Assembly: GCF_963921235.1 (NCBI RefSeq)
Contig: NC_086097.1
Location: 218,118,001-218,182,000, forward strand
Length of the DNA stretch: 64,000 nucleotides
Direction of reading: 5' to 3'
Source: Mobula hypostoma
Lineage: Eukaryota
The notes beneath the pieces were generated by a model that was given only the letters and a program-made list of their open reading frames with translations, was not told the DNA's origin and made no database searches. A program made the position numbers and the translations under genes. Shown in pieces: positions 58,507 through 64,000 of this stretch (within the stretch, counting starts at the first letter, position 1; each line of letters begins with the position of its first letter).

Positions 58507-58790
58507 GGGCGGCATCTTAGCGTAGTGGTTAGCACAAGGCTACAGTGCCAGCAAATATCAATTAGGGTTCAGTTCAATTCAATTCATACTGCTGTCTGTA
58601 AGGAGCCTGTATGTTTAGTCTGTATCCACGTGAGTTTTCCCTGGGTGCTCCAGTTCTGCCCACCTTCCAAGGGTTAGGGTTAGTGAGTTGTGGTATCTAT
58701 GTTTGTGCCAGAAGAAAAATCCTTGGACTGTGTTCGTCATTGGTGCAAGTGATGTATTTTACTGGATGTTTTGATGCACATACAACAAGC
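58507..58790 (+). mobile_element. V-SINE/HE1-like tRNA SINE (degenerate)
   Basis: Head tagcgtagtggttagc; V-domain-like ctgtctgtaaggag...gagttttccctgggtgctccagtt. Confidence 0.75.
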
Positions 58791-58953
58791 TATTTTTTTT
58801 TAATAAAAAAATTGAAAACCAAGTGAAAGCCAACTTCCTAATTGAAAGATTTTGGCTGAGACATCTAGATTCACAAGATAGCACTTATTTTGCTCATCTT
58901 TAAAATAATTCTCACTATAAGTTAATATGTTAAGCTTAACAGTGAGAATAGTA

Positions 58954-59770
58954 CAGGTCCACAATCCCTTATCCGAAATCCTTGGGGCCAGTTGCATTTC
59001 GGAACCCAGAATTTTTCGGATTTCAGACCCCCCCCCTCCAACCGATACCAAAAAACACGTATGCTCAAGTCCCTTATTTAACCTGTCTCAGTGCGGTGGA
59101 CTTTAGGACCCGGCAGCACATCAAACCTATGCACATCCTCCTGTGTACTTTAAATCATCTCTAGATTATTTATAATACCTAATACAATGTAAATGCTATG
59201 TAAATAGTTGTTATACTGTATTGTTTAGGGAATAATGACAAAAAAAAATTATATTTCCAACAAAAACATTCAATAAAACATAAAAATGTACAGCTTCAAA
59301 TGAACCAAATCAAACACATGGTAAATGACTTATTGGAATAAATACAGAACGTCACTGTCACTATAAAACTTCAGCAACTTGTCTTTCTGTTTATTTAAAT
59401 CATATACGCTGGTGGTTCCGACACTATTTTCTTCAGTAAGATGCGGTACAGACACACCACAATCAAGCTTCTGAAATAACTCCACTTTCTGCATTACTGA
59501 TAGAGAAGATTCCTTCTCTTTTTCTCATTGTTACCCATAGGGGTATCTGCAGCTCTTTTTGACATTTTCACAGTGAAATTAAACACAAAGTCAACAGTGA
59601 ACAGTAAATGCACGTGTAACCAGTACGAGCGCTTGAGCCACAACTGACGTTTGGCGGCCTCAGCTAGCGCTGCCGCGTCACACCTGAGTGACGTCAGCTG
59701 TTGGTGAAAAGAACTTCCATTTTTGGAGCTTTTTGGATTTCAGAATTTTGGATAAAGGAATGTGCATCTG
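58954..59770 (-). mobile_element. Tigger-family DNA transposon derivative (Tigger4/MER46-like ends, MER2-like insert, transposase N-terminal relic)
   Basis: TA|caggtccacaatcccttatccgaaat ... ggataaaggaatgtgcatctg|TA; minus-strand MSKRAADTPMGNNEKKRR...QKVELFQKLDCGVSV...YDLNKQKDKLLKFY from 59565. Confidence 0.85.
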
Positions 59771-60470
59771 TATAGTATTCTTTTGAACAATTTGATAATA
59801 AGCCATTTTGTCATTTTTTTTGGTGCAGTTTTGTCTTATCCTGCACCCAGGAGGCTGTAATATCTTATGGTGTTGTCAAAATTAACCGAGATTATTCACA
59901 ATTCACTCAGCAACAGAGCTCACTTGTTTAATAGCTAGTTCAAAGGCAAATTCATAAAATAGTACATTGAAATATCTGACCGAAGGCTTGTTGGCCCAAT
60001 ACCCAGAGTTAATGGACCAAATACAACTTTTGCTGCAGGCCTGGACACCTTTTGGAATGCTGAAGACCAAATGAGACTTTTTCTTGCTCTTTATAATTCT
60101 CTCAAGATTGCAGAGCCTTGACTGTTTGCATTTCCCTGAGACAAGACAAACTAGGTGAGTAGAGACTCCATCTAATGTTATAGATGGAGACAGTCTCTGT
60201 AACATATAAGAATCTGTTTTACATTTTCACAGTACCCTGATACTGGAAACCAGGTGAGTCTGAGATCTTAGTAAGCAATATACATTGTCAAACCAAACAA
60301 AGATCTAGCTAGGGGCAACTTGACCTATTTATAGGGAACATGAAAGTTAGAAAAATAAATTGGCGTAATGAACTAAAAAAACAATTATTTGGTAAGAAAC
60401 TTCCTTGAGAAAGCCACATTCATTATAGTTACAGTATATAATTTACAGGAAAATTCATCATTTAACTTAC

Positions 60471-60636
60471 TCTGTTTGGAGGATTTGATTGTTAGCTCCT
60501 TCGTTTCTTTCATTGAAATTTTCTTTCCTGCTATTTCATCATAGATGGCTGACAAATATTCTTCTGGTAGATCTTTGCTGTCATTAATTCCTCTATTCAT
60601 CTTAATATATTGATCTTTCGTCATTTTATTCTTCAC
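60471..60636 (-). CDS. ARFGEF1: ARFGEF1 exon, end of Sec7 domain ([28 protein letters not shown]...KSSKQ)
   Basis: aaaag|GTG acceptor, A|gtaagt donor, 166 nt, phase 0 to 1. Confidence 0.93.
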
Positions 60637-61699
60637 CTTTTACAAATAAATAAAATTACATCTAAACAGTTGCAGAACTCCTTATCTCAGATATGAAATT
60701 TATTAATAAACTGCTTCAGTTGCCTTATTTCTAGGCACAGTTCTCGATAGATCAAATGTATAGCATTGCGTTATCGTGGACAGGAGTATCCATGGCTTAC
60801 ATTCTAGTAAGCGTTGTTATCAACTGATTTCTGACACAGACCATATAAGAACATTGCAAAAATATTCAGGAATAGACAATGTGGTGCCCTGATCCTACTC
60901 CACTGTACTATTAAGGCAGATCTGACTTTGATCTCAGCTTCAATTTTCTCCTTGTTCCCAGTAAGCCTCAATTCTCTACAGTCTAGAATCTATTTATCTC
61001 TACCTTGAAAATACTTGATGATTCAGTCTATGGGGAGAGAATTCAAAAATGTCTTCCTCATCTCCTTATTTGGAAGCTCTATCTCTGATTCTAGATTTCT
61101 TCCAAAAGGGGAAGATTGCAAATGATCACCTACCTTTCTTCTAAATTCCATTCATAATGAAGGAGTGGTGATCTACAAACGTTTGTACTTCCAAGTTGGA
61201 ATGATGTGTGACTTGGAGAGGATTTTAGCGATGTTGTTTCTTCTACATACCTGCTACTCTCAACTTTTCTGTTGGTATATATTATAGCTCAGGAGGTACT
61301 GCTGCAGAATACTAGGCAAGTAACAGCCATGCATTTCATCAGTGTTACACACTGCAGCAACTATGTGGCAACAACGGTGTTAATGACAAGGTAAGGTAGT
61401 TAATGGTGGGCTGCTTTGTTCTGGACTATGCCTAACTTTTGAGCATTGTTGAGACTGCCTTCATCCAGCCAATTGATGAGCGTGCCATCCTGCTCCCGAG
61501 TTGAACCCTGGGCTGTCAGGAATTGACATCCAGTATAGGCAAGTTCTCCTGCTGCCATACCTGTTCAAATGCTAAGGGGAGTCACTCTCATCTCACCTGA
61601 TCAATTTAACTCATTGATCTATTTTTTTTTTATCTTGAATCTTACAAAATTTCCATGAACTGTCCCCAGTGCACAAGTTCTCTCCTTAAATATGAGAAC

Positions 61700-62652
61700 T
61701 GAGATCCTACAGCTGTAAGACCCAAGGGTTTCTCCATACATAGGACAGACCGGACTACTGATTTGGAGAAGGTAAAAGTTGGGAGTCTGTGTTCCATGAT
61801 AAACTCTTTGTGGTACTCATATGCAGTGGTTTTGTAACTTTCTTGTTCCCCTGACCTGGAACAGTGAATCATTAAGTGTTGACTGTCTACCTACCAAGAG
61901 ACTTGCCCTCTGTGATCCTGACCACAATTTACATACTGCTAAATGCTCTGATTGCCACAATCAGCAAACAAGAAACACCCTATTCCAATGCCTTTTAAAT
62001 CATTGTCTGGGACTTCAATCAGGCAGGCTTGTTTGAAGAAATTTCTGACCATTCATTATCAACATATCACCTGCAGCACTAGGGGCCTCAACACGCACAA
62101 CGATTAGGAATGCCTACTGTTCCATGCCTAGACATTATTTTCGTAAATCTGAATCTTTGGCTGTCCTCCTCTTCCTACATGCATAGAGGCTAAAGAGCAG
62201 GGCTCCAGACACAAGGACAACGAAGAGGTGGTCTCGGAAGTCTGAGGAGCAGCCACTGGACTGCTTCAAGTCGGTGGACTGGGCCATTTTCAAGGAATCA
62301 GAGGATCTGAATGAATACATCACTGTTGTAATGGACTTTATAAAAACAATTGTAGATGAGTGTATCCCCACTAAATCATTCAGACCATTCCCTTACCAGA
62401 TGCCCTGGATGAACAATGTGATCCACAAAAGGGCCAGAGCAATGGCATTCAGGTCTGACAATCAAATTAAATACAAGAGGTCCAGATATGATCTCTGGAA
62501 AGCCATCTCATGTGTGAAGTGGCCATTCTGGACCAAACTTGAAACACTGCAGGATACTTGTCAGCTCTGGCAGTGCGCGAACACTGTCACTTCCTACAAG
62601 CAGCATAGGTGACAACAAGGCTTTGCACCCAGATGAGCTCAATGCCTTTTAT
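61700..62652 (+). mobile_element. Rex1-like LINE fragment interrupted by a Penelope element
   Basis: VDWAIFKES...PWMN and PDELNAFY relics. Confidence 0.8.
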
Positions 62653-64000
62653 GCAACACACATCAAAGTTGCTGGTGAACGCAGCAGGCCAGGCAGCATC
62701 TCTAGGAAGAGTTACAGTCGATGTTTCAGGCCGAGACCCTTCGTCAGGACTAACTGAAGGAAGAGTGAGTAAGAGATTTGAAAGTTGGAGGGGGAGGGGG
62801 AGATCCAAAATGATAGGAGAAGACAGGAGGGAGAGGGATGGAGTCAAGAGCTGGACAGGTGATTGGCAAAAGGGATACGAGAGGATCATGGGATAGGAGG
62901 TCCGGGAAGAAAGACAAGGGGGGCGGGGAACCCAGAGGATGGGCAAGGGGTATATTCAGAGGGACAGAGGGAGAAAAAGGAGAGCGAGAGAAAGAATGTG
63001 TGTATAAAAATAAATAACAGATGGGGTACGAGTGGGAGGTGGGGCATTAGCGGAAGTTAGAGAAGTCCATGTTCATGCCATCAGGTTGGAGGCTACCCAG
63101 ACGGAATATAAGGTGTTGTTCCTCCAACCTGTGTGGCTTCATCTTTACAGTAGAGGAGGCCATGGATAGACATGTCAGAATGGGAATGGGATGTGGAATT
63201 AAAATGTGTGGCCACTGGGAGATCCTGCTTTCTCTGGCATACAGAGCGTAGGTGTTCAGCAAAACGATCTCCCAGTCTGTGTCGGGTCTCGCCAATATAT
63301 AGAAGGCCACATCGGGAGCACCGGACGCAGTATATCACCCCAGCCGACTCACGGGTGAAGTGTCGCCTCACCTGGAAGGACTGTCTGGGGCCCTGAATGG
63401 TGGTAAGGGAGGAAGTGTAAGGGCATGTGCAGCATTTGTTCCGCTTACACGGATAAGTGCCAGGAGGGTCCCTTAAGTGTAAGCGGAACAAGTGCTAACA
63501 TGCCCTTACACTTCCTCCCTTACCACCATTCAGGGCCCCAAACAGTCCTTCCAGGTGAGGCGACACTTCACCCGTGAGTCGACTGGGGTGATATACTGCG
63601 TCCGGTGCTCCCGATGTGGCCTTTTATATATTGGCGAGACCCGACGCAGACTGGGAGACCGCTTTGCTGAACACCTACGCTCTGTCCGCCAGAGAAAGCA
63701 GGATCTCCCAGTGGCCACACATTTTAATTCCACATCCCATTCCCATTCTGACATGTCTATCCACGGCCTCCTCTACTGTAAAGATGAAGCCACACTCAGG
63801 TTGGAGGAACACCACCTTATATTCCGTCTGGGTAGCCTCCAACCTGATGGCATGAACATCGACTTCTCTAACTTCCGCTAATGCCCCACCTCCCCCTCGT
63901 ACCCCATCTGTTATTTATTTTTATACACACATTCTTTCTCTCACTCTCCTTTTTCTCCCTCTGTCCCTCTGAATATACCCCTTGCCCATCCTCTGGGTTC
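62653..64000. mobile_element. Young Penelope-like element in inverted (head-to-head) arrangement, GIY-YIG region on both arms
   Basis: GVIYCVRCSRCGLLYIGETRRRLGDRFAEH...EHHLIFRLGSLQPDGMNIDF on + (63492-63881) and a near-identical copy on - (63093-63491). Confidence 0.93.
62711..62754 (-). ncRNA. Minimal type-I hammerhead ribozyme motif of the Penelope-like element
   Basis: Minus strand GUU-AGUC-CUGACGA-A-GGGUCUCGGCCU-GAAA-CAUC^GACU-GUAAC: conserved core, stem I AGUC/GACU, stem II hairpin, NUH triplet. Confidence 0.75.

Noticed and set aside
58671..58684. Interstitial telomeric repeat (gggttagggttag)
   Set aside because: Only about two units, lying within a SINE body.

Overview
AT-rich vertebrate genomic DNA. 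The repeat landscape (abundant CR1, V-SINE/HE1-like, Rex1-like and Penelope elements) suggests a cartilaginous fish such as a ray or shark; this is an inference. The window lies inside one minus-strand gene, ARFGEF1 (BIG1, brefeldin A-inhibited Arf GEF). I traced 19 consecutive internal coding exons (60636 down to 7886). They splice in frame (2632 nt, about 877 codons) from the end of the Sec7 domain through the HDS regions, and one intron is GC-AG. The start and stop of the gene lie outside the window. The introns are packed with nested transposons: CR1 LINEs, Rex1-like LINEs, a Gypsy LTR relic, a Helitron, hAT, Tc1 and Tigger DNA elements, and tRNA-SINEs. The most notable system is a Penelope-like (GIY-YIG) retroelement family. 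It carries a minimal hammerhead ribozyme and leaves asymmetric fold-back insertions with TSDs; the two complete fold-backs carry a 35-bp one-sided tail, and a third has arms >520 bp. Several short copies break off at the ribozyme. Repeat boundaries were read by eye and are approximate unless TSD/TIR coordinates are given. Family names and human comparisons come from recalled consensus sequences, not database searches.
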